A DNA stretch of 64,000 nt from contig OZ024760.1 in assembly GCA_964016885.1 (NCBI GenBank), forward strand, positions 32,922,001 to 32,986,000, written 5' to 3'. The stretch comes from Eledone cirrhosa (lineage: Eukaryota). The notes beneath the pieces were generated by a model. It did not search any database. It had not been told where the DNA came from and worked only from the letters and a program-made list of their open reading frames with translations. This document shows positions 1 to 12,800 of this stretch, piece after piece; position 1 is the stretch's first letter, and every line of letters starts with the position of its first letter. Both the position numbers and the translations under genes were made by a program.

Positions 1-3000
1 ACTAACAGACTGGTCATCTGACCAACAGACTTGTCATCTGACCAACAGACTGGTCATCTGACCAACAGAATGGTCATCTGACTCACAGACTGGTCATTTG
101 ACAAACAGACTGGTCATCTGACAAACAGACTGGTCATCTGACCAACAGACTGGTCATCTGACCAACAGACTGGTCATCTGAACAACAGACTGGTCATCTG
201 ACCCACAGACTGGTCATCTGACCCAGAGACTGGTCATCTCAACAACAGACTGGTCATCTCACCAACAGACTGGTCATCTGACCAACAGACTGGTCTTCTG
301 ACCAACAGACTGGTCATCTCACCAACAGACTGGTCTTCTGACCAACAGACTGGTCATCTCACCGACAGACTGGTCATCTCACCAACAGACTTGTCATCTC
401 ACCAACAGACTGGTCATCTGACGAACAGACTGGTCACCTGACCAACAGACTGGTCATCTGACCAACAGACTGGTCATCTGACCAACAGACTGGTCCTCTG
501 ACAAACAGACTGGTCATCTAACCAACAGACTGGTCATATCACCAACAGACTGGTCATCTGATCAAAAGACTGGTCATCTGACAAACAGACTGGTCATCTG
601 ACCAACAGCCTGGTCATCTCACCAACAGACTGGTCAGCTGACCAACAGACTGGTCTTCTGACCAACAGACTGGTCATCTCACCAACAGACTGGTCATCTC
701 ACCAACAGATTGGTCATCTGACCAACAGACTGGTCATCTCACCAACAGACTAGTCATCTCACCAACAGACTGTACATCTGACCCCCAGACTGGTCCTCTG
801 ACCAACAGACTGGTCATCTGACCAACAGACTTGTCATCTGACCTACAGACTGGTCCTCTGACCAACAGATTGGTCATCTCACCAACAGACTGGTCATCTG
901 ACCAACAGACTTGTCATCTCACCAACAGACTTGTCATCTGAACAACAGACAGGTCATCTGACCAACAGACTGGTCATCTGACAAACAGACTGGTCATCTG
1001 ACCAACAGACTGCTCATCTGACCAACAGATTGGTCATCTGACCAACAGACTGGTCATCTGACTCACAGACTGGTCATTTGACAAACAGACTGGTCATCTG
1101 ACCAACAGACTGGTCATCTGACCAACAGACTGGTCATCTGACCCACAGACTGGTCATGTGACCCACAGACTGGTCATCTCACCAACAGACTGGTCATCTC
1201 ACCAACAGACTGGTCATCTGACCAACAGATTGTTCTTCTGACCAACAGACTGGTCATCTCACCAACAGACTGGTCATCTCACCAACAGATTGGTCATCTG
1301 ACCAACAGACTGGTCATCTCACCAACAGACTGGACCTCTGACTCACAGACTGGTCATCCGACCAACAGATTGGTCATCTGACCAACAGACTGGTCGTCTG
1401 ACCAACAGACTGGTCATCTGACCAACAGACTGGTCATCTGACCCACAGACTGGTCATCTGTCCAACAGATTGGTCATCTCACCAACAGACTGGTCATCCG
1501 ACCAACAGACTGTTCATCTGACCAACAGACTAGTCACCTGACCAACAGACTGGTCATCTGACCAACAGACTGGTCATCTCACCCACAGACTGGTCATCTC
1601 ACCAACAGACTTGTCATCTCACAAACAGACGTGTCATTTGTCTAACAGACTGGTCATCTGACCAACAGACTGGTCATCTGACGAACAGACTGGTCATCTC
1701 ACCAACAGACTGGTCATCTGACCAACAGATTGTTCTTCTCACCAACAGACTGGTCATCGGACACACAGACAGGTCATCTGACCAACAGACTGGTCATCTG
1801 ACAAACAGACTGGTCATCTGACCAACAGACTGGTCATCTGACCAACAGACTGGTTATCTGACGAACAGACTGGTCATCTCACCAACAGAATGGTCATCTG
1901 ACCAACAGACTGGTCATCTCACCCACTGACTGGTCATCTCACCAACAGACTGGTCACCTGACAAACAGACCGGTCATCTGACCAACAGAATAGTCATCTG
2001 ACCAACACTCTGGTCATCTCACCCACTGACTTGTCATCTCACCAACAGACTCGTCATCTCACCAACAGACTGGTTATCTGACCACCAGACTGGTCATCTG
2101 ACCAACAGACTGGTCATCTGACAAACAGACTGGTCATATGACCAACAGACTGGTCATCTGACGAACAGACTTATAATCTCACCAACAGACGGGTCATCTG
2201 ACCAACAGACTGGTCATCTCACCAACAGACTGATCATCAGACCAACAAACTGTTCATCTCACCAACAAACTGGTCATCTGACAAACAGACTGGTCATCTG
2301 ACCAACAGACTGGTCATCTGACCAACAGACTGGTCTTCTCACCAACAGACTGGTCATCTGACGAACAGACTGGTCATCTGACGAACAGTCTGGTCATCTC
2401 ACCAACAGACTGGTCATCTCACCAACAGACTGGTCATCTGACTAACAGACTGGTCGTCTGACCAACAGACTGGTCACCTGACCAACCGACTGGTCATCTG
2501 ACGAACAGACTGGTCATCTGAAAAAGAGACTGGACATCTCACCAACAGACTGGTCATCTCACCAACAGACTGGTCATCTAACTAACAGACTGGTCTTCTG
2601 ACCAACAGACTGGTCATTTGACCAACAGACTGTTCATCTCACCAACAGACTGGAAATCTGACCCACAGACTGGTCATCTCACCAACAGATTGGTCATCTG
2701 AACAACAGATTGGTCATCTCACCAACAGACTGGACATCTGACTCACAGACTGGTCATCTCACCAACAGATTGGTCATCTGACCAACAGAGTGGTCATCTG
2801 ACCGACAGACTGGTCTTCTGACTAACATACTGGTCATCTGACCAACAGAGTGCTCATCTCACCAACAGACTGGTCATCTGACCAACAGACTGGACATCTG
2901 ACCCACAGACTGGTCATCTGACCAACAGACTAGTCATTTGACCAACAGACTGGTCTTCTGACTCCCAGACTGGTCATCTGACCAACAGACTGGTCATCTG

Positions 3001-3340
3001 ACCAACAGACTGGTCTTCTGACTAACAGACTGGTCATCTGACCAACAGAGTGCTCATCTCACCAACAGACTGGTCATCTGACCAACAGACTGGACATCTG
3101 ACCCACAGACTGGTCACCTGACAAACAGACCGGTCATCTGACCAACAGAATAGTCATCTGACCAACAGTCTGGTCATCTCACCCACTGACTGGTCATCTC
3201 ACCAACAGACTCGTCATCTCACCAACAGACTGGTTATCTGACCAACAGACTGGTCATCTGACCAACAGACTGGTCATCTCACCAACAGACTGGACATCTG
3301 ACCCACAGACTGGTCATCTCACCAACAGATTGATCATCTC
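1..3340. repeat. Segmental copy matching ~11741-15160 and ~21041-24260
   Basis: Rare variants occur in the same order: tgtacatctg-acccccagac (771/12511/21811), gtgtcatttgtcta (1631/13371/22671), accaccagac (2081/13821/23121), actaacatac (2821/14641/23941). Confidence 0.9.
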
Positions 3341-6119
3341 ACCAACAGACTGGTCATCTGATCAACAGACTGGTCTTCTGACCAACAGATTGGTCATATC
3401 ACCAACAGACTAGTGATCTCACCAACAGATTGATCATCAGGCCAACAAATTGTTCATCTCACCAACAGACTGGTCATCTGACGAACAGACTGGTCATCTC
3501 ACCCACAGACTGGTCATCTCACGAACAGACTGGTCATCTAACCAACAGGCTGGTCATCTGACCAACAGATTGGTCATCTAACCAACAGACTGGTCATATG
3601 ACCAACAGACTGGTCATATGACCAACAGACTGGTCATCTGACGAACAGACTGGTAATCTCACCAACAGACTGGTCATCTGACGAACAGACTGGTCATCTC
3701 ACCCACAGACTGGTCATCTCACCAACAGACTGGTCATCTGATCAACAGACTGGTCATCTGACAAACAGACTGGTCATCTGACCAACAGACTGGTCATCTC
3801 ACCAACAGACTGGTCATCTGACCAACAGACTGGTCTTCTGATCAACAGACTGGTCATCTCACCAACAGACTAGTCATCTCACCAACAGACTGGTCATCTG
3901 AACAACAGACTGATCATCTGACCAACAGACTGGTCATCTGACAAACAGACTGGTCATCTGACCAACAGACTGGTCATCTGACCAACAGACTGGTCATCTC
4001 ACCCACAGACTGGTCATCTCACCAACAGACTTGTCATCTCACCAACAGACTGGTCATCTGACCAACAGACTGGTCATCTGATAAACAGACTGGTCATCTG
4101 ACCAACAGACTGGTCATCTGACTAACAGACTGGTCATCTGACCAACAGACTGGTCATCTCACCAACAGACTGGTCATCTCACCAACAGACTGGTCATCTG
4201 ACTCACAGACTGGTCATTTGACAAACAGACTGGTCATCTGACAAACAGACTGGTCATCTGACCAACAGACTGGTCATCTGACGAACAGACTGGCCATCTC
4301 ACCAACAGACTGGTCATCTAACCAACAGACTGATCTTCTCACCAACAGACTGGTCATCTGACCCACAGAGTGGTCATCTGACCAACAGACTGGTCATCTG
4401 ACCAACAGACTGATCATCAGGCCAACAAACTGTTCATCCCACCAACAGACTGGTCATCTGACGAACAGACTGGTCATCTCACACACACACTGGTCATCTG
4501 ACCAACAGACTGGACTTCTGACCAACAGACTGGTCATCTGACCAACAGATTGGTCATCTCACCAACAGACTGGTCATCTGATCAACAGACTGGTCATCTG
4601 ACAAACAGACTGGTCATCTGGCCAACAGACTGGTCATCTGACCAACAGACTGGTCATCTCACCCACAGACTGGTCATCTGACCAACAGACTGGTCATCTG
4701 ACAAACAGACTGGTCATCTGACAAACAGACTGGTCATCTGACCAACAGACTGGTCTTCTGACCAACAGACTGGTCTTCTGACCAACAGACTGGTCATCTC
4801 ACCAACAGACTGGTCATCTCACCAACAGACTGGTCATCTAACTCACAGACTGGTCATCTGACAAACAGACTGGTCATCTGACCAACAGACTGGTCATCTG
4901 ACCAACAGACTGGTCATCTGACCAACAGACTGGTCATCTGACCAACAGCTTGGTCATCTCACCGACAGACTGGTCATCCGACCAACAGACTGGTCATCTG
5001 ACCAACAGACTGGTCATCTCACCCACAGACTGGTCATCTCACCAACAGACTTGTCATCTCACCAACAGACTGGTCATCTGACCAACAGACTGGTCATCTG
5101 ACCAACAGACTGGTAATCTGACAAAGAAACTGGTCATCGGACCAACAGACTGGTCATCTGACGAACAGACTGGTCATCTCACTAACAGACTGGTCATCTG
5201 AACAACAGATTGTTCTTCTCACCAACAGACTGGTCATCGGACACACAGACTGGTCATCTGACCAACAGACTGGTCATCTGACCAACAGACTGGTCATCTC
5301 TCCCACAGACTGGTCATCTGACCAACAGACTGGTCATCTCTCCCACAGACTGGTCATCTCACCAACAGACTGGTCATCTGACAAACAGACTGGTCATCTG
5401 ACCAAGAGACTGGTCATCTGACAAACAGACTGGTCATCTGACCAACAGACTGGTCATCTGACGAACAGACTGTTCATCTCACCAACAGAATGGTCATCTG
5501 ACCAACAGACTGGTCATCTCACCCACTGACTGGTCATCTCACCAACAGACTGGTCATCTGATAAACAGACTGGTCATCTGACCAACAGAATGGTCATCTG
5601 AACAACAGACTGGTCATCTCACCCACTGACTCGTCATCTCACCAACAGACTGGTCATCTCACCAACAGACTGGTCATCGGACCAACAGACTGGTCATCTG
5701 ACCAACAGACTGGTCAGCTGACAAACAGACTCGTCATATGACCAACAGACTGGTCATCTGACGAACAGACTGGTAATCTCACCAACAGACTGGTCATCTG
5801 ACCAACACACTGGTCATCTGACAAACAGACTGGTCATCTGACCAACAGACTGGTCATCTGACCAACAGACTGGTCATCTGACCAACAGACTGGTCATCTC
5901 ACCAACAGACTGATCATCAGACCAACAAACTGTTCATATCACCAACAGGCTGGTCATCTGACCAACAGACTGGTCATCTGACAAACAGACTGCTCATCTG
6001 ACCAACAGACTGGTCATCTGACCAACAGACTGGTCATCTGACCAACAGACTGGTCATCTCACCAACAGACTGGTCATCTCACCAACAGACTGATAATCTC
6101 ACCAACAGACTGGTCATCT

Positions 6120-9100
6120 CACCAACAGACTGATCATCAGACCAACAAACTGTTCATCTCACCAACAGACTGGTCATCTGACGAACAGACTGGTCATCTC
6201 ACCCACAGACTGGTCATCGCACCAACAGACTGGTCATCTAACCAACAGACTGGTCATCTGACCAACAGATTGGTCATCTCACCAACAGACTGGTCATCTG
6301 ATCAACAGACTGGTCATCTGAAAAACAGACTGGTCATCTGACCAACAGACTGGTCATCTCACCAACAGACTGGTCATCTGACCAACAGACTGGTCTTCTG
6401 ACCAACAGATTGGTCATCTCACCAACAGACTAGTGATCTCACCAACAGATTGATCATCAGGCCAACAAATTGTTCATCTCACCAACAGACTGGTCATCTG
6501 ACGAACAGACTGGTCATCTCACCCACAGACTGGTCATCTCACGAACAGACTGGTCATCTAACCAACAGACTGGTCATCTGACCAACAGATTGGTCATCTC
6601 ACCAACAGACTGGTCATCTGACCAACAGACTGGTCATATGACCAACAGACTGGTCATCTGACGAACAGACTGGTAATCTCACCAACAGACTGGTCATCTG
6701 ACCAACAGACTGGTCATCAGACGAACAGACTGGTCATCTCACCCACAGACTGGTCATCTCACCAACAGACTGGTCATCTGATCAACAGACTGGTCATCTG
6801 ACAAACAGACTGGTCATCTGACCAACAGACTGGTCATCTCACCAACAGACTGGTCATCTGACCAACAGACTGGTCATCTGACCAACAGACTGGTCAGCTG
6901 ACCAACAGATTGGTCATCTCACCAACAGACTGGTCATCTGATCAACAGACTGGTCATCTGACAAACAGACTGGTCATCTGACCAACAGACTGGTCATCTG
7001 ACCAACAGACTGGTCATCTCACCCACAGACTGGTCATCTCACCAACAGACTTGTCATCTCACCAACAGACTGGTCATCTGACCAACAGACTGGTCATCTG
7101 ACCAACCGACTGGTCATCTGACAAACAGACTGGTCATCTGACCAACAGCCTGGTCATCTGACTAACAGACTGGTCATCTGACAAACAGACTGGTCATCTG
7201 ACCAACAGACTGGTCATCTGACCAACAGACTGGTCATCTGACCAACAGACTGGTCATCTGACCCACAGACTGGTCATCTGACCCAGAGACTGGTCATCTC
7301 AACAACAGACTGGTCATCTCACCAACAGACTGGTCATCTGACCAACAGACTGGTCTTCTGACCAACAGACTGGTCATCTCACCAACAGACTGGTCTTCTG
7401 ACCAACAGACTGGTCATCTCACCCACAGACTGGTCATCTCACCAACAGACTTGTCATCTCACCAACAGACTGGTCATCTGACGAACAGACTGGTCACCTG
7501 ACCAACAGACTGGTCATCTGACCAACAGACTGGTCATCTGACCAACAGACTGGTCCTCTGACAAACAGACTGGACATCTAACCAACAGACTGGTCATATC
7601 ACCAACAGACTGGTCATCTGATCAAAAGACTGGTCATCTGACAAACAGACTGGTCATCTGACCAACAGCCTGGTCATCTCACCAACAGACTGGTCAGCTG
7701 ACCAACAGACTGGTTTTCTGACCAACAGACTGGTCATCTCACCAACAGACTGGTCATCTCACCAACAGATTGGTCATCTGACCAACAGACTGGTCATCTC
7801 ACCAACAGACTGGTCATCTGACCAACAGATTGTTCTTCTGACCAACAGACTGGTCATCTCACCAACAGACTGGTCATCTCACCAACAGATTGGTCATCTG
7901 ACCAACAGACTGGTCATCTCACCAACAGACTGGACCTCTGACCCACAGACTGGTCATATGACCAACAGACTGGTCATCTGACGAACAGACTGGTAATCTC
8001 ACCAACAGACTGGTCATCTGACCAACAGACTGGTCATCAGACGAACAGACTGGTCATCTCACCCACAGACTGGTCATCTCACCAACAGACTGGTCATCTG
8101 ATCAACAGACTGGTCATCTCACCAACAGACTGATCATCAGACCAACAAACTGTTCATATCATCAACAGACTGGTCATCTGACGAACAGACTGGTCATCTC
8201 ACCCACAGACTGGTCATCGCACCAACAGACTGGTCATCTAACCAACAGACTGGTCATCTGACCAACAGATTGGTCATCTCACCAACAGACTGGTCATCTG
8301 ATCAACAGACTGGTCATCTGAAAAACAGACTGGTCATCTGACCAACAGACGGGTCATCTCACCAACAGACTGGTCATCTGACCAACAGACTGGTCTTCTG
8401 ACCAACAGATTGGTCATCTCACCAACAGACTAGTGATCTCACCAACAGATTGATCATCAGGCCAACAAATTGTTCATCTCACCAACAGACTGGTCATCTG
8501 ACGAACAGACTGGTCATCTCACCCACAGACTGGTCATCTAACCAACAGACTGGTCATCTGACCAACAGATTGGTCATCTCACCGACAGACTGGTCATCTG
8601 ACCAACAGACTGGTCATATGACCAACAGACTGGTCATCTGACGAACAGACTGGTAATCTCACCAACAGACTGGTCATCTGACCAACAGACTGGTCATCAG
8701 ACGAACAGACTGGTCATCTCACCCACAGACTGGTCATCTCACCAACAGACTGGTCATCTGATCAACAGACTGGTCATCTGACAAACAGACTGGTCATCTG
8801 ACCAACAGACTCGTCATCTCACCAACAGACTGGTCATCTGACCAACAGACTGGTCTTCTGATCAACAGACTGGTCATCTCACCAACAGACTAGTCATCTC
8901 ACCAACAGACTGGTCATCTGACCAACAGACTGATCATCTGACCAACAGACTGGTCATCTGACAAACAGACTGGTCATCTGACCAACAGACTGGTCATCTG
9001 ACCAACAGACTGGTCATCTCACCCACAGACTGGTCATCTCACCAACAGACTTGTCATCTCACCAACAGACTGGTCATCTGACCAACAGACTGATCATCTG

Positions 9101-9870
9101 ACCAACCGACTAGTCATCTGACAAACAGACTGGTCATCTGACCAACAGCCTGGTCATCTGACTAACAGACTGGTCATCTGACAAACAGACTGGTCATCTG
9201 ACCAACAGACTGGTCATCTGACCAACAGACTGGTCATCTGACCAACAGACTGGTCATCTGACCCACAGACTGGTCATCTGACCCAGAGACTGGTCATCTC
9301 AACAACAGACTGGTCATCTCACCAACAGACTGGTCATCTGACCAACAGACTGGTCTTCTGACCAACAGACTGGTCATCTCACCAACAGACTGGTCTTCTG
9401 ACCAACAGACTGGTCATCTCACCCACAGACTGGTCATCTCACCAACAGACTTGTCATCTCACCAACAGACTGGTCATCTGACGAACAGACTGGTCACCTG
9501 ACCAACAGACTGGTCATCTGACCAAAAGACTGGTCATCTGACCAACAGACTGGTCCTCTGACAAACAGACTGGTCATCTGACCAACAGCCTGGTCATCTC
9601 ACCAACAGACTGGTCAGCTGACCAACAGACTGGTCTTCTGACCAACAGACTGGTCATCTCACCAACAGACTGGTCATCTCACCAACAGATTGGTCATCTG
9701 ACCAACAGACTGGTCATCTCACCAACAGACTGGTCATCTGACCAACAGATTGTTCTTCTGACCAACAGACTGGTCATCTCACCAACAGACTGGTCATCTC
9801 ACCAACAGATTGGTCATCTGACCAACAGACTGGTCATCTCACCAACAGACTGGACCTCTGACCCACAGAC
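6120..9870. repeat. ~2.0-kb (100-monomer) near-tandem segmental duplication, ~6120-7950 vs ~8120-9870
   Basis: Markers recur at offset 2000: tggtcatcgc 6211/8211, aaaaacagac 6321/8321, accaaccgac 7101/9101, acccagagac 7281/9281. The offset drops to 1920 by tgttcttctg 7831/9751. Confidence 0.85.
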
Positions 9871-12800
9871 TGGTCATCCGACCAACAGATTGGTCATCTG
9901 ACCAACAGACTGGTCATCTGACCAACAGACTGGTCATCTGACCAACAGACTGGTCATCTGACCCACAGACTGGTCATCTGTCCAACAGATTGGTCATCTC
10001 ACCAACAGACTGGTCATCCGACCAACAGACTGTTCATCTGACCAACAGACTAGTCACCTGACCAACAGACTGGTCATCTGACCAACAGACTGGTCATCTC
10101 ACCCACAGACTGGTCATCTCACCAACAGACTTGTCATCTCACAAACAGACGTGTCATTTGTCTAACAGACTGGTCATCTGACCAACAGACTTGTCATCTG
10201 ACTAACAGACTGGTCATCTCACCAACAGACTGGTCATCTGACCAACAGATTGTTCTTCTCACCAACAGACTGGTCATCGGACACACAGACAGGTCATCTG
10301 ACCAACAGACTGGTCATCTGACAAACAGACTGGTCATGTGACCAACAGACTGGTCATCTGACCAACAGACTGGTCATCTGACCAACAGACTGGTCATCTC
10401 ACCAACAGAATGGTCATCTGACCAACAGACTGGTCATCTCACCCACTGACTGGTCATCTCACCAACAGACTGGTCACCTGACAAACAGACCGGTCATCTG
10501 ACCAACAAAATAGTCATCTGACCAACACTCTGGTCATCTCACCCACTGACTGGTCATCTCACCAACAGACTCGTCATCTCACCAACAGACTGGTTATCTG
10601 ACCAACAGACTGGTCATCTGACCAACAGACTGGTCATCTGACAAACAGACTGGTCATATGACCAACAGACTGGTCATCTGACGAACAGACTTATAATCTC
10701 ACCAACAGAGTGGTCATCTGACCAACAGACGGGTCATCTGACCAACAGACTGGTCATCTCACCAACAGACTGATCATCAGACCAACAAACTGTTCATCTC
10801 ACCAACAAACTGGTAATCTGACAAACAGACTGGTCATCTGACCAACAGACTGGTCATCTGACCAACAGACTGGTCTTCTCACCAACAGACTGGTCATCTC
10901 ACCAACAGACTGATCATCAGACCAACAAACTGTTCATCTCACCAACAGACTGGTCATCGAACGAACAGACTGGTCATCTGACCCACAGACTGGTCATCTG
11001 ACCAACAGACTGGTCATCTGACGAACAGACTGGTCATCTCACCAACAGACTGGTCATCTCACCAACAGACTGGTCATCTGATTAACAGACTGGTCATCTG
11101 ACCAACAGACTGGTCATCTGACCCACAGACTGGTCATCTGACCAACAGACTGGTCATCTGACGAACAGACTGGTCATCTCACCAACAGACTGGTCATCTG
11201 ACTAACAGACTGGTCGTCTGACCAACAGATTGGTCACCTGACCAACCGACTGGTCATCTGACGAACAGACTGGTCATCTGAAAAAGAGACTGGTCATCTC
11301 ACCAACAGACTGGTCATCTCACCAACAGACTGGTCATCTAACTAACAGACTGGTCTTCTGACCAACAGACTGGTCATTTGACCAACAGACTGTTCATCTC
11401 ACCAACAGACTGGAAATCTGACCCACAGACTGGTCATCTCACCAACAGACTGGTCATCTGACCAACAGACTGGTCAGCTGACCAACAGATTGGTCATATC
11501 ACCAACAGACTGGTCATCTGATCAACAGACTGGTCATCTGACAAACAGACTGGTCATCTGACCAACAGACTGGTCAACTGACCAACAGACTGGTCATCTC
11601 ACCCACAGACTGGTCATCTCACCAACAGACTTGTCATCTCACCAACAGATTGGTCATCTGACCCACAGACTGGTCATCTGACCAACAGACTGGTCATCTG
11701 ACAAACAGACTGGTCATCTGACCAACAGCCTGGTCATCTGACTAACAGACTGGTCATCTGACCAACAGACTTGTCATCTGACCAACAGACTGGTCATCTG
11801 ACCAACAGAATGGTCATCTGACTCACAGACTGGTCATTTGACAAACAGACTGGTCATCTGACAAACAGACTGGTCATCTGACCAACAGACTGGTCATCTG
11901 ACCAACAGACTGGTCATCTGACCAACAGACTGGTCATCTGACCCACAGACTGGTCATCTGACCCAGAGAGTGGTCATCTCAACAACAGACTGGTCATCTC
12001 ACCAACAGACTGGTCATCTGACCAACAGACTGGTCTTCTGACCAACAGGCTGGTCATCTCACCAACAGACTGGTCTTCTGACCAACAGACTGGTCATCTC
12101 ACCGACAGACTGGTCATCTCACCAACAGACTTGTCATCTCACCAACAGACTGGTCATCTGACGAACAGACTGGTCACCTGACCAACAGACTGGTCATCTG
12201 ACCAACAGACTGGTCATCTGACCAACAGACTGGTCCTCTGACAAACAGACTGGTCATCTAACCAACAGACTGGTCATATCACCAACAGACTGGTCATCTG
12301 ATCAAAAGACTGGTCATCTGACAAACAGACTGGTCATCTGACCAACAGCCTGGTCATCTCACCAACAGACTGGTCAGCTGACCAACAGACTGGTCTTCTG
12401 ACCAACAGACTGGTCATCTCACCAACAGACTGGTCATCTCACCAACAGATTGGTCATCTGACCAACAGACTGGTCATCTCACCAACAGACTAGTCATCTC
12501 ACCAACAGACTGTACATCTGACCCCCAGACTGGTCCTCTGACCAACAGACTGGTCATCTGACCAACAGACTGGTCATCTGACCTACAGACTGGTCCCCTG
12601 ACCAACAGATTGGTCATCTCACCAACAGACTGGTCATCTGACCAACAGACTTGTCATCTCACCAACAGACTTGTCATCTGACCAACAGACAGGTCATCTG
12701 ACCAACAGACTGGTCATCTGACAAACAGACTGGTCATCTGACCAACAGACTGCTCATCTGACCAACAGATTGGTCATCTGACCAACAGACTGGTCATCTG

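Noticed and set aside
132-143. Estrogen response element-like GGTCA-tc-TGACC
   Set aside because: A canonical ERE has a 3-nt spacer and AGGTCA half-sites. Here the spacer is 2 nt and the half-site is TGGTCA.
2171-2180. TATAAT (-10 or TATA-like) within the ttataatctc variant
   Set aside because: It is a multi-substitution monomer variant spread by duplication, with no -35 element or downstream gene. It was used only as a lineage marker.
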